Positions 10,539 to 19,793 of a stretch of DNA of 64,000 nucleotides are shown here, piece after piece. Below the pieces are notes generated by a model. The model searched no databases, was not told where the DNA came from, and was given only the letters and a program-made list of their open reading frames with translations. A program made the position numbers and the translations under genes. The stretch spans positions 235,641 through 299,640 of the forward strand of contig JBMORT010000006.1 in assembly GCA_049319825.1 (NCBI GenBank), given 5' to 3'. This DNA comes from Patescibacteria group bacterium (lineage in GTDB: Bacteria > Patescibacteriota > Patescibacteriia > UBA11705 > DATKZF01). Positions within the stretch are counted from its first letter, which is position 1; every line of letters starts with the position of its first letter.

Positions 10539-11063
10539 GTGATCGAAGTATTAAAATCAGGCTGGCTGGCTCCAGGAGAATACAATAAAATGTTCGAATC
10601 GGATTTCGCCAAGTTGGTAGGGGCGAAGCATGCAATTACTATGAATTCTTGCGCGTCCGCACTCGAAATCGCGCTCAAAGCCAATAATATCAAGGGCGAA
10701 GTTATTATTCCGAGTTTTACATTCGTGGCCTCTTACATTATTTTTTCTCCAATTATATTTAAAGTATTTTTTCCGCAGTATTTGGATTCAGTGGCGTATT
10801 CCCAGGTTTATTCCTTATCGCTTTTGTTTTTTCCGGCCGTTTTTTTGGTGCGAGTACTGGTGGCGCATGCCAGAAAAATTGAATTATACTGGCTCAGGAT
10901 AGTCATTCCCATGCTCAAAATCGCTTTATTATTGATTCTATTGCCGTTATTGGGTATCTGGGGCGGAATAATTTCATTGCTGTCTGCGGAATTGATTAAT
11001 GCCATTATGTTGCTCTATTTTTTTAAAAAGATGCCGGTTGATTGGATCAGCGGCTACTATTAA
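10539..11063 (+). pseudogene. chimeric remnant: N-terminal ~65 aa of a DegT/DnrJ/EryC1/StrS sugar aminotransferase fused in frame to a duplicated copy of the flippase C-terminus
   Basis: First 65 aa (EVLKSGWLAPGEYNKMFESDFAKLVGAKHAITMNSCASALEIALKA...IIPSFTFVAS) match the conserved N-terminus of DegT-family PLP aminotransferases, which are normally ~370 aa. At nt 10733 the sequence switches into the 107-bp exact repeat of the flippase gene and continues as a diverged flippase C-terminal TM region. Confidence 0.55.
10733..10839 (+). repeat. second copy of the 107-bp exact repeat (see 9333-9439)
   Basis: Exact identity to 9333-9439. Flanking 8 bp tcgtggcc also conserved. Confidence 0.8.
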
Positions 11064-11083
11064 CGATCGAACTTTATAATAAT

Positions 11084-12199
11084 ATGCATAAAACGCGAAT
11101 ATTCATCGATTTTCCAATTTCCGATTCCAAGGAATTTCAAGGATTGTCATTCCCTCAGGTTTTACACGATTATTTAGTGACCCGAGACGACGTTGAACTG
11201 GTCGGAGAACATGATCAATTCGACGTCATATTAATTCTTAACGGTGGATCTCATTTTATCAGCAAAGCGGAAAAAGCCAAAACGCTTCTGGCCGCGCAGT
11301 TAAATCGTTTGTTCAAAAGAAAGATCGATTACGATAGATTTTTAAAAAGAAACATTCCCTACGAAAAGAGAATTGATGGGCTATTGGCAAAAAATCCCGG
11401 CGCCAAAGTCGCGCTTCGGCTGGATGACCGGTATAAAATGCTTTGTAAGGTGTATGGGTTCGATAAAACCGTGAAAAAATTTATTAAGCAGGCTGACATT
11501 GTCATCTTCCAGTCTGAATACTGTAAATCGCTTTTTACAAAAGGAGTCCACTCGATTTTTGGATTTGAAAAACCGGTTAATGTCAAACGCAGCGTGGTTA
11601 TTCATAATGGTGTAGACACGGAAGTTTTTTCTCCGCAAGGAGGTAGGGTTGATTTGGACGGTAAATATAAAATATTGCATGTCGCAGCAACTGGTATGGT
11701 GAGAAAGGGCTTAGGGAAAGTTTTGGAATATGCACATTTGCTCAAAGATAATCCGCAAATTCAGTTTTTTTTGGTCGGCAAGCAGGCGGAAGATCCGATA
11801 TACGGCGCCGACATTAACAAATTTGGCAATGTGCATCAGCTGGAATTCACCACGGACCGCTACCAACTCGCTCAATATTATCGCAGCTGCGACTTATTAT
11901 TATTCCCTTCGATTAACGATTGCGCGCCGAATGTGGTGCTGGAAGCGATGAGCTGCGGCCTGCCGGTTCTGGCCGCCGACAGCGGTGGCACGCCGGAAAT
12001 GATAATCAAAGAAGATTTAAAAGGCGGGTTGCTGATAAATGACCAGAATCCAATTTATCCGCTTAAGGAAATATTGGAAAATATTATGGATTTTAAGACA
12101 AATGCCCTGCGCTTAATCGATCAATATCATAAAAAAGAAGTAATCGGCCAGCAGTATTTTGATGCATTACAATCAATCGTCTATGAAAAAAACAATTAA
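11084..12199 (+). CDS. glycosyltransferase family 4
   Basis: LLFPSINDCAPNVVLEAMSCGLPVLAADSGGTPEMI. ORF opens at 11042, but that overlaps the pseudogene; ATG at 11084 preferred. Confidence 0.75.
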   Translation: MHKTRIFIDFPISDSKEFQGLSFPQVLHDYLVTRDDVELVGEHDQFDVILILNGGSHFISKAEKAKTLLAAQLNRLFKRKIDYDRFLKRNIPYEKRIDGLLAKNPGAKVALRLDDRYKMLCKVYGFDKTVKKFIKQADIVIFQSEYCKSLFTKGVHSIFGFEKPVNVKRSVVIHNGVDTEVFSPQGGRVDLDGKYKILHVAATGMVRKGLGKVLEYAHLLKDNPQIQFFLVGKQAEDPIYGADINKFGNVHQLEFTTDRYQLAQYYRSCDLLLFPSINDCAPNVVLEAMSCGLPVLAADSGGTPEMIIKEDLKGGLLINDQNPIYPLKEILENIMDFKTNALRLIDQYHKKEVIGQQYFDALQSIVYEKNN

Positions 12200-12848
12200 A
12201 AAATTTTTATTATTTATTTTTCCGTCAAAATACCAGCTAAAGCTTTTATTTCGCGCTCAGTCGTTTATCGATAGTCGGATCAGCGATGCCTGCGTTGATT
12301 ATTATAAAGGGAGACATCCGAAACATTTTCTTTGGACGATTCATTACCAATTCGTGATTGACAATGTCGATACTGGCGACCGGGTTTTGGACGTCGGCAC
12401 CGGCGCCAGCTTGTCATACACTCAGGAGCTGGCCGCCAAAGCGGAGTCGATTGACTGCTGCGATATAAACCCAGAGCTGATCGAAAAATCCAGGCGAGGC
12501 AACAAATTTGCCAATGTCAATTACATTGTGCTCGATGTGACGCAACAGTTGCCGCCAGATAGTTATGACGTGGTCATTTTATCTCATGTTCTGGAGCATT
12601 TGCACGAACCTGAAAAAGTATTAGAAAATTTGAAAAATATAACCCGCAAATTGATTATCAGACTGCCGCGCTATGACGATCATTGGATGTATTTGGTAAA
12701 AAAAGATCTGGGCATGTTTTATTATAAAGATCATGATCATAAAAATGAATATACTTTACGCACGGCCGTTGATCTGGTGGAGAAAAGCGGCTGGCGCGTT
12801 CAAACGGCGTTAAATGACGTTGATGTGAAAATAGTGGCGACTTTATAA
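12159..12848 (+). CDS. class I SAM-dependent methyltransferase
   Basis: VLDVGTGASLSYTQELAAKAESIDCCDINPELIEK ... VVILSHVLEHLHEPEKVL. Start may instead be the M at 12183. Confidence 0.7.
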   Translation: MMHYNQSSMKKTIKKFLLFIFPSKYQLKLLFRAQSFIDSRISDACVDYYKGRHPKHFLWTIHYQFVIDNVDTGDRVLDVGTGASLSYTQELAAKAESIDCCDINPELIEKSRRGNKFANVNYIVLDVTQQLPPDSYDVVILSHVLEHLHEPEKVLENLKNITRKLIIRLPRYDDHWMYLVKKDLGMFYYKDHDHKNEYTLRTAVDLVEKSGWRVQTALNDVDVKIVATL

Positions 12849-12851
12849 TTT

Positions 12852-14630
12852 ATGTGCGGTATTGCCGGTTATATAACCAAAAATCAAGTTGATGAAAAGG
12901 TTTTAATCAAGATGAGAGACGCGCTTTCTCACCGTGGTCCGGACGATGCCGGCATTTTTATTTCCGCCGACAACAAAGTCGGCTTGGCGCACCGCCGGCT
13001 GTCCATTTTGGATTTAAGTCCGGCCGGGCACCAGCCCATGAGCTCAGCGGATGAAAAGATTTGGATTACTTTCAACGGAGAAATTTATAATTTTCTGGAA
13101 ATAAGAAAAGAGCTGGAAAATAAGGGGCAGACATTTAAAAGCAATGGCGACACGGAGGTAATTATTTACGCCTATAAAGAATTTGGAACCGGCTGTTTGG
13201 AAAAATTCAACGGCATGTTTTCTTTTGTAATTTATGATTCAAGTAAGAATCAATTATTTTTCGCCCGCGACCGGTTCGGCATAAAGCCTTTTCATTACGG
13301 ATTTTTGCCCAATGGTGATTTTGTCTTTGCCTCTGAGATTAAAGCGATTGTTCAACATCCCAATTTTCAAAAAGAAATTGATTATGGCGCGCTCGGCGAT
13401 TATTTCAAATACCGCTATATTCCTTCGCCGCGAACCATTTGGAAAAGTATAAAAAAACTGCCTCACGGGCATTTGGGCATATTAAATTTGGATAATTTTG
13501 ATTTGAAAATTGAAAAATATTATGATTTGCCGGAAAAAATCATTGGCCAGCCGAATTCAAGCATTGAACAAGTGGAAGAATTGATCAAGGACGCTGTGAA
13601 AAAAAGACTGATCAGCGATGTCGAAGTGGGAACATTTTTAAGCGGCGGCATTGATTCCAGCTCGATCAGCTATTTTGCCAATAAAGAGCATGAAAAAATC
13701 AAATCATTTTCAATCGGCTTCATGCCGGAAAAATACAGTGAATTAGAGGATTCAGAAATTGTCGCCGAGTTTTTGGGCACCAGTCATATAACCAAAGTGA
13801 TTGAAAATGTTGAGGATGACATTGGAGACCAATTATCTTATACATATGACGAACCACATGCTGATAGTTCAAATATCCCGACTTATTTATTGTCAAAAAT
13901 GACTTCAGAAAATGTTAAAGTCGCTCTGTCAGGCGACGGCGGCGATGAAATTTTTGCGGGTTATCGCTGGTATCGCCAGTATTTATTGGATAGTAAAATC
14001 GAGAAAATAAAAGCGTTATTTGGCACCGGACAAAGTATAAGCGAAGATTTTGAAAATTATTATAATAAGTTGTTACTTAATCGTTTCGACGAAAACAAAT
14101 TTAAAAATCTTTTTGCTCCGGAAATATATAATCAAGTCAAAAACAATGAAAATTTATTTGAAAAATATTTGAATGCAGGATTTAAAAATATCAGACAAAT
14201 ACAGTTTATTGATTTAAATACATTTATGGCGGACGATATTCTATCCAAGGTTGATCGTGCGAGCATGGCGCACGCCCTCGAGGTGAGAGTGCCGTTTCTG
14301 GATTATCGTTTGGTCGAAGCGGTTTTTCGTCTGCCGCAAAAAGATTTCCCCGATGATAGTTATGGCAAGCCGATTTTAAAAAAAATCATGAAAAATAAAT
14401 TGCCAAAGCGTGTTTTATCAAAAAGGAAAAAAGGCTTTTCCGCTCCGGTCACCCAGTGGCCGTTTTACGGTCGGATAAATCAAATTTTATTATCCGGCAG
14501 AGCGGTCGAAGACGGCATTATCCGGAAGGATTTTATTCAAGATTTGCTCGATAATAAATATGAAAACAGCGCCGGCATGCTCTGGATGGCGTATATTTTT
14601 GAGAAATGGTATCAAAAGTGGTTCATATGA
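12852..14630 (+). CDS. asnB: asparagine synthase (glutamine-hydrolysing)
   Basis: N-terminal MCGIAGYI (class II glutamine amidotransferase Cys2 nucleophile). SGGIDSS PP-loop. About 590 aa. Commonly embedded in glycan clusters. Confidence 0.85.
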   Translation: MCGIAGYITKNQVDEKVLIKMRDALSHRGPDDAGIFISADNKVGLAHRRLSILDLSPAGHQPMSSADEKIWITFNGEIYNFLEIRKELENKGQTFKSNGDTEVIIYAYKEFGTGCLEKFNGMFSFVIYDSSKNQLFFARDRFGIKPFHYGFLPNGDFVFASEIKAIVQHPNFQKEIDYGALGDYFKYRYIPSPRTIWKSIKKLPHGHLGILNLDNFDLKIEKYYDLPEKIIGQPNSSIEQVEELIKDAVKKRLISDVEVGTFLSGGIDSSSISYFANKEHEKIKSFSIGFMPEKYSELEDSEIVAEFLGTSHITKVIENVEDDIGDQLSYTYDEPHADSSNIPTYLLSKMTSENVKVALSGDGGDEIFAGYRWYRQYLLDSKIEKIKALFGTGQSISEDFENYYNKLLLNRFDENKFKNLFAPEIYNQVKNNENLFEKYLNAGFKNIRQIQFIDLNTFMADDILSKVDRASMAHALEVRVPFLDYRLVEAVFRLPQKDFPDDSYGKPILKKIMKNKLPKRVLSKRKKGFSAPVTQWPFYGRINQILLSGRAVEDGIIRKDFIQDLLDNKYENSAGMLWMAYIFEKWYQKWFI

Positions 14631-15781
14631 TAATCACAACAGACGGCAACATCCCTTCAAGATTTGCTCACAGCTTCAACGTGACAAAAATGGCGCAGGG
14701 TTTTTATAATATCGGCCAAGATGTTGAATTGGTCACTTTCTTCAGTCTTCGTAATTTATTGTATAAACTTAAAATAAAGGATATTTATGAATATTATGCT
14801 CTTTCAAAAAATATAAAAATAAAAATGCTCCCGGCTTTTGATAAAAATATTTTTATTAAAACGACAGGCGGTGAAAGATATAATAAAAAAGCTGCCCAAT
14901 ACATTGAATCTCAAAATCCCAATTTTGTTTTTTGCCGCAGTTATCTCACCCCTTACTACTGCGTCAAGCTCGGCTTGCCCACGATTATGGAAACGCATAC
15001 GACAAACTATGATTTGCCGGCGTTGCGAAAGTCATTCGGCGCGGCTAAAGATAAAAATTTTTTGGGATTGGTGACGATTAATGAAAAATTAAAAAAAGAA
15101 TATGCCAAAAGGGGAGTACCGGAAGAAAAAATAATTGTCTTGGAAGACGGCGTTGATTTGAATTTGTTTGATATCGAAGACGACAAAGAAATTTGGAGAA
15201 AGGAATTAAGCCTGCCTTCAGATAAAAAAATAATTGCCTATGTCGGCGGATTGTATAGGGAAAAAGGAATTGAACAGATTTTGCTGACTGCTCAAAAGCT
15301 GCAAACAACGGAAATTATATTTGTATTGGTGGGAGGCAAACAAGAGCAGATCAGGGAATGGAAAAAATATTGTGCTGAAAAAAATATTTCAAATGTCGCT
15401 TTTGCGGGATTTGCCTGTCAGTCTGACGTGCCTAAATACATAAAAGCGGCCGATGTTTTGATCATGCCGTATGATACGCGCATCAATTATAAAGTGATGG
15501 ATATCAATTCCACTTCGCCGCTGAAGCTTTTCGAATATATGGGATCAAAGCGTCCGATAGTTTCGACAGCCATTCCGGTAATTGAAAAAGTGGTCAGCCA
15601 CAATGAGAGCGCCATGCTGGCCGAGTCCAACAATGTTGAACAATTGGCCCAGTATGTGAGAGAGTTATTGAATAATCCTGAAAGAGGCGGACAGCTGAGT
15701 GAAAAGGCATTTAAATTGGCTAAGCAATATGAATGGAAAGTCCGATGTGAAAAAATTATCAAAACTTTTATAAAAAATTAA
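14627..15781 (+). CDS. glycosyltransferase (GT4-like)
   Basis: IIAYVGGLYREKGIEQILLTAQKL, and C-terminal PLKLFEYMGSKRPIVSTAIPVIEKVV, resembling the GT-B donor domain. ORF opens at 14606 and overlaps the asnB stop. Confidence 0.6.
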   Translation: MIITTDGNIPSRFAHSFNVTKMAQGFYNIGQDVELVTFFSLRNLLYKLKIKDIYEYYALSKNIKIKMLPAFDKNIFIKTTGGERYNKKAAQYIESQNPNFVFCRSYLTPYYCVKLGLPTIMETHTTNYDLPALRKSFGAAKDKNFLGLVTINEKLKKEYAKRGVPEEKIIVLEDGVDLNLFDIEDDKEIWRKELSLPSDKKIIAYVGGLYREKGIEQILLTAQKLQTTEIIFVLVGGKQEQIREWKKYCAEKNISNVAFAGFACQSDVPKYIKAADVLIMPYDTRINYKVMDINSTSPLKLFEYMGSKRPIVSTAIPVIEKVVSHNESAMLAESNNVEQLAQYVRELLNNPERGGQLSEKAFKLAKQYEWKVRCEKIIKTFIKN

Positions 15782-15828
15782 TAAATCATAAGGCCGAATT
15801 GATTATTTTTTCGGTCTTGATAAAAAAT

Positions 15829-16743
15829 ATGTCCAAATTCCTCATCACCGGCGGCGCCGGGTTTATCGGCGCGAATACAATTAAATATTTCCTGTCTCAA
15901 GGCCACGAAGTGGTTTCTTTTGACAATTATACGGCTGGTAAAAAAGAAGAGCGGTTCCATTCCCCAGCTAAATATGTCGAAGGCGATATCCGCGACATCG
16001 ATGCGTTGAACGCCGTTTGTGCCGAAGGCTTTGACGGCATTATGCATCTGGCCGCTTTGCCGCGCGTCACTTATTCGGTCGAGCACCCTCGCGAAACGCA
16101 CGATACAAACATTACCGGGACGCTGAACGTTCTTTTGGCCGCCAGAGACAATAATATTGAGAAGGTCGTTTTCGCCTCTTCTTCTTCGGTCTATGGCAAT
16201 CCCGATCAATTTCCTGTTGATGAGAATTTTGTTCCCAAGCCGATCAGCCCCTATGCACTTCATAAATTTACCGGTGAGCAGTATTGCCGCATTTTCAGCG
16301 AATTATTCGGGTTAAAAACCGTTGTTTTCAGATATTTTAATGTTTTCGGGCCATATTTTGACCCGGAAGGGCCTTATGCTTTGGTTATCGGTAAATTTAT
16401 CAAGCAGGTAAAGAATGGCGAGCCGATGACGATTTGCGGGGATGGGGAATATTATCGCGATTACGCGCACGCCTTTGACGTGGCCAGGGCGAATTTATTG
16501 GCCCTGACAAATGATGCGGTGGGCAAAGGAGAAATAATCAATATCGGCAGTAATAATCCTTTTTCAGTCAATGAATTGGCCAAACTTATTGGCGGAGAGT
16601 TTATTTATGTGGCCGAGCGGCCCGGAGACGTTCGAAAAACCTATGCTGACATTTCAAAGGCCAAGGAGTTGCTGAATTGGGAGCCGACCATTTCAATCGA
16701 AGAAGGGGTTGCCGAGCTGAAAAAAGAATGGGGATTAGTTTAA
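15829..16743 (+). CDS. NAD-dependent epimerase/dehydratase (UDP-glucose 4-epimerase family, SDR)
   Basis: ITGGAGFIGANTIKYF Rossmann motif; SSSSVYG; YALHK matches the catalytic YxxxK. Confidence 0.8.
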   Translation: MSKFLITGGAGFIGANTIKYFLSQGHEVVSFDNYTAGKKEERFHSPAKYVEGDIRDIDALNAVCAEGFDGIMHLAALPRVTYSVEHPRETHDTNITGTLNVLLAARDNNIEKVVFASSSSVYGNPDQFPVDENFVPKPISPYALHKFTGEQYCRIFSELFGLKTVVFRYFNVFGPYFDPEGPYALVIGKFIKQVKNGEPMTICGDGEYYRDYAHAFDVARANLLALTNDAVGKGEIINIGSNNPFSVNELAKLIGGEFIYVAERPGDVRKTYADISKAKELLNWEPTISIEEGVAELKKEWGLV

Positions 16744-16973
16744 TCACAACAAAATATTTTGAAAAATTAGTCAAATTTGGCTAATTTTTTTTATTCTGTT
16801 AAAATGAATTTACGTTGAGAAGGCTTTAGAAGGCTTAATAAGGCATAAGGAGGCAAAGAAGTAGATAGGTGAGTAGGAAAAGAAGGCTGGACCGCGGCAG
16901 AGCGTTATCTTTACCCATTTACCTATACACCTTTCAAGCCACATAAAGCCCTCTTAAGCCCCCATAAAATTTT

Positions 16974-18578
16974 ATGTCAGTAGCGCTTTATCGCAAATAC
17001 CGGCCGCAAAACTTTTCACAAATTTCCGGCCAAAATCACATTAAGACCACTTTGGTCAACGAGATCGAGTCTGGCAAAATCGGCCATGCCTATCTTTTTT
17101 GCGGCCCGCGCGGCACTGGAAAAACAACCTTGGCGAGGCTGATGGCCAAAGCGGCTAATTGTCTTGATATTCAACCGGGCGGCGAGCCGTGCAATAAATG
17201 CGCTTCTTGTTTGGAAATAATGGAAACTCGTTCGCTTGATGTAATCGAAATCGATGCCGCTTCTCACACCGGAGTGGACAATGTCCGTGAAAATATTATC
17301 AATAATGCTCGATTCACCCCGACTTCCAGAAAATACAAGGTTTTTATCATCGACGAGGTACACATGTTGTCAATCAGCGCATTTAACGCTTTGCTGAAGA
17401 TATTGGAAGAGCCGCCCAAGCACATTATTTTCATTCTGGCCACGACCGAGGTACACAAAGTTCCGGTCACCATCATTTCTCGGTGTCAGCGTTTTGATTA
17501 TAAAAAAATAAATGTTAATGATCTGTTGACTCGGTTAAAATGGATAGTTACCAAAGAGGGAGTGCTGGTTGACGATGAAGTATTGAAGAGAATTGCCAAA
17601 TATTCATTTGGTTGCGTGCGCGACGCGGAAAGCTTGCTGGAGCAAGTACTATCTTTGGGCGAAAAAAAAATAACGTTGGAATTAGCCGAGTTGATTTTAC
17701 CCCGATCCAATTTCCAGGCCATGTTTGATTTTCTCGCGGCATTGATCGCTAAGAATTCTAAAAAATCCATTGAGTTGATCAATCAGCTGGTCGATGAGGG
17801 CGTGGATATCAATCAATTTACCAATGATTTCATAGAATTCGTTCGTAAAGGTTTGTTGTATAAGGTAAAAAACGATTTAACCGAATTGGCGCAGGAATCC
17901 GATGAGAAATCGCTTGTCGAGCTAAAAAATACATTGTCCGCGACAACCCCCGATTTTTTGGCGAATATTATCGCTTGTTTGATGAAAACCAAGGAAGAAT
18001 TCAGGCAAACTTATATTTTACAATTGCCGCTCGAGCTGGCGGTAATCGATTTGTGCTCGGAAGCGGTGGTTCGGCGCGAACCGTCACCGGTAGTTGTCCA
18101 TAAAAAAATTAAAGATTCGGGTCGCTCGGCTCAAGATTCGGGTAGTCCGGCTCAAGATTCGGATCGCTCGGCTCAAGATTCGGGTCATTCCGCTGAAGAG
18201 TCAGATCCGGATCACATTACTTTAACTTTCGCTCAAGTCAAAGCCAAATGGCCGGAGATTGTTAGAAAAATTAAAATTGACAATTATTCACTCAGCATGT
18301 CGCTGGCCGTGGGTCAACCCGTGAATTTGATAAAAAATAAAATCATTGTTTCCTTTCCCTTTAAGCTTCAGCAGCTGAAGGTCGATCAGATCAATAATAA
18401 GACGGTCATCGAAAAGGCGTTGTCCGATATTTTCGACCAAAAGATGCTGATTGAGACAAAGGTTGACGCTTCAAACAAAATTGAGCCGGCTGATGATCGA
18501 GTCGAAATGCGCACCGCTGACGTTTCCGATGCCGACGTCAAGGACGCCTTGGATATTTTTGGGGGTAGCGTGCTTTAG
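16974..18578 (+). CDS. dnaX: DNA polymerase III subunit gamma/tau
   Basis: YRKYRPQNFSQISGQNHI ... GHAYLFCGPRGTGKTT (Walker A) ... Zn module CNKCASCLEI ... FIIDEVHMLS ... SRCQRFDY. Confidence 0.85.
   Translation: MSVALYRKYRPQNFSQISGQNHIKTTLVNEIESGKIGHAYLFCGPRGTGKTTLARLMAKAANCLDIQPGGEPCNKCASCLEIMETRSLDVIEIDAASHTGVDNVRENIINNARFTPTSRKYKVFIIDEVHMLSISAFNALLKILEEPPKHIIFILATTEVHKVPVTIISRCQRFDYKKINVNDLLTRLKWIVTKEGVLVDDEVLKRIAKYSFGCVRDAESLLEQVLSLGEKKITLELAELILPRSNFQAMFDFLAALIAKNSKKSIELINQLVDEGVDINQFTNDFIEFVRKGLLYKVKNDLTELAQESDEKSLVELKNTLSATTPDFLANIIACLMKTKEEFRQTYILQLPLELAVIDLCSEAVVRREPSPVVVHKKIKDSGRSAQDSGSPAQDSDRSAQDSGHSAEESDPDHITLTFAQVKAKWPEIVRKIKIDNYSLSMSLAVGQPVNLIKNKIIVSFPFKLQQLKVDQINNKTVIEKALSDIFDQKMLIETKVDASNKIEPADDRVEMRTADVSDADVKDALDIFGGSVL
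18114..18197 (+). repeat. 4 x 21-nt tandem repeat inside dnaX, encoding DSGRSAQ-type heptads
   Basis: gattcgggtcgctcggctcaa / gattcgggtagtccggctcaa / gattcggatcgctcggctcaa / gattcgggtcattccgctgaa. Translates to DSGRSAQ DSGSPAQ DSDRSAQ DSGHSAE. Confidence 0.65.
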
Positions 18579-18595
18579 TTTTTTAATTTTTTTGA

Positions 18596-18628
18596 AAAAA
18601 AAGCCTCCGTATTACGGAGGTTTTTTTA
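18596..18628. terminator. bidirectional rho-independent terminator between convergent dnaX and HU genes
   Basis: aaaaaaaagcctccgtattacggaggttttttt: GC stem gcctccg/cggaggc flanked by A-run and T-run. Confidence 0.6.
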
Positions 18629-18646
18629 TTCTGATATGAAGTTTAT

Positions 18647-18928
18647 TTACAGTATCGCGTCTTTGGCCGCCTTTGACACTCGGAATTTAACAACGGTTTT
18701 AGCCGGGATCTTAATGGTTTCACCAGTGGCCGGATTTCGTCCCATTCTCTCTTTCCTTTGTTTTTTCACCAATTTCCCAATTCCAGGAACAGTGAATTCA
18801 CCGGATTGTTTGACTTGCGCATAAGCCATTGCCATTAAGGCGTCAATTAAAGCGGTGACATCCTTTTTTGCCAAGCCTGTTTTTTCGGCTAAGGCAGTGA
18901 GCATTTGAGATTTTGTCATTTTTGCCAT
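18647..18928 (-). CDS. hup: HU family DNA-binding protein
   Basis: MAKMTKSQMLTALAEKTGLAKKDVTALIDAL ... GRNPATGETIKIPAKTVVKFRVSKAAKDAI (HU/IHF arm motif GRNPxTG). Confidence 0.85.
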   Translation of the reverse strand: MAKMTKSQMLTALAEKTGLAKKDVTALIDALMAMAYAQVKQSGEFTVPGIGKLVKKQRKERMGRNPATGETIKIPAKTVVKFRVSKAAKDAIL

Positions 18929-19017
18929 AATATTTTGATTAATTATCTTGCTTAGGCATTATAGCGTTTTTTATATAAAAAGTCCATTTTTCAAGGATTT
19001 AATTATACACAGGCAGT

Positions 19018-19091
19018 TGGCTGCGGGACCAGGATTCGAACCTGGGTTACTTGGGCCAGAACCAAGCGTCCTACCGCTAGACGATCCCGCA
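19018..19091 (-). tRNA. tRNA-Gln (anticodon CTG), CCA encoded
   Basis: Minus-strand TGCGGGATCGTCTAGCGGTAGGACGCTTGGTTCTGGCCCAAGTAACCCAGGTTCGAATCCTGGTCCCGCAGCCA. 7-bp acceptor with U1-A72 and G73 (Gln-like). Anticodon loop TTCTGGC. T-loop TTCGAAT. Confidence 0.8.
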
Positions 19092-19182
19092 ATAATTATT
19101 CCAAAATAAAAATTCGAAATAAAATAACAAATAATAAATTACAGTTAAAATTTTAGCAGTTTTTATAAGAAAAAACAAGGTA

Positions 19183-19211
19183 TTGACAATGCCACGGCGA
19201 TTATATATTAT
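19183..19211 (+). promoter_or_regulatory. sigma70-like promoter (TTGACA-17-TATTAT) upstream of ORF 19245
   Basis: ttgacaatgccacggcgattatatattat; consensus -35 hexamer and good -10. Confidence 0.35.
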
Positions 19212-19244
19212 TTTCTGTTAAAATATGTTAAAATTGTCTTAGTT

Positions 19245-19793
19245 ATGCAGAAAATAATCGCCATCCCCAATATACACCTGCCCAGCTCCAGTTTTGTCGT
19301 TTGGGCGCAAAATCTTTCAAATTCGGTAAAAGATATCGATATTTTTAATAAATCGGTCGTGAATAAAACCTGGGCGGAAATGCTTACTGAACTGTCGGAG
19401 TTGGTGGATCAGAAAGTGGCCAAAGGCACTGAACTCTATATGTTAACCGAAGGCTGGGGCATATTGCCGGCATTGGCCATTGCCGAGAGCCATGGTATCA
19501 GCGGGATTTTTTCCATCCACCCGATTATTTATCCGCCGAGCACCGCTCAAATCCATCCTTTTTATCAAGAATGTCCCAAAGCGGTTCATTTGATTGAAAG
19601 AAGTCAGGTGTCGCTCGATTTATTCATGCCGGAAAAAGCTTTTGAAAATAATCACCGGCGATCAATTAAATTTTTAAAAAGCATGTCTAAACCCAATGTG
19701 GCGGTGAAACCATATGAGCAGACCACGCTATATTCCAGTGATTGCTTAGGAGAGATCGAAAGATATATTTTGTACAAATTGGGCAAGAGATAG
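19245..19793 (+). CDS. hypothetical protein (182 aa)
   Basis: ORF fills an intergenic gap downstream of a promoter-like sequence. No recognised motifs. Confidence 0.4.
   Translation: MQKIIAIPNIHLPSSSFVVWAQNLSNSVKDIDIFNKSVVNKTWAEMLTELSELVDQKVAKGTELYMLTEGWGILPALAIAESHGISGIFSIHPIIYPPSTAQIHPFYQECPKAVHLIERSQVSLDLFMPEKAFENNHRRSIKFLKSMSKPNVAVKPYEQTTLYSSDCLGEIERYILYKLGKR

Noticed and set aside
16745-16973. Confident call of this hairpin as SRP RNA (ffs)
   Set aside because: The genomic context (upstream of dnaX) fits, but the universally conserved domain-IV sequence is not discernible. Reported only as a low-confidence candidate in findings.
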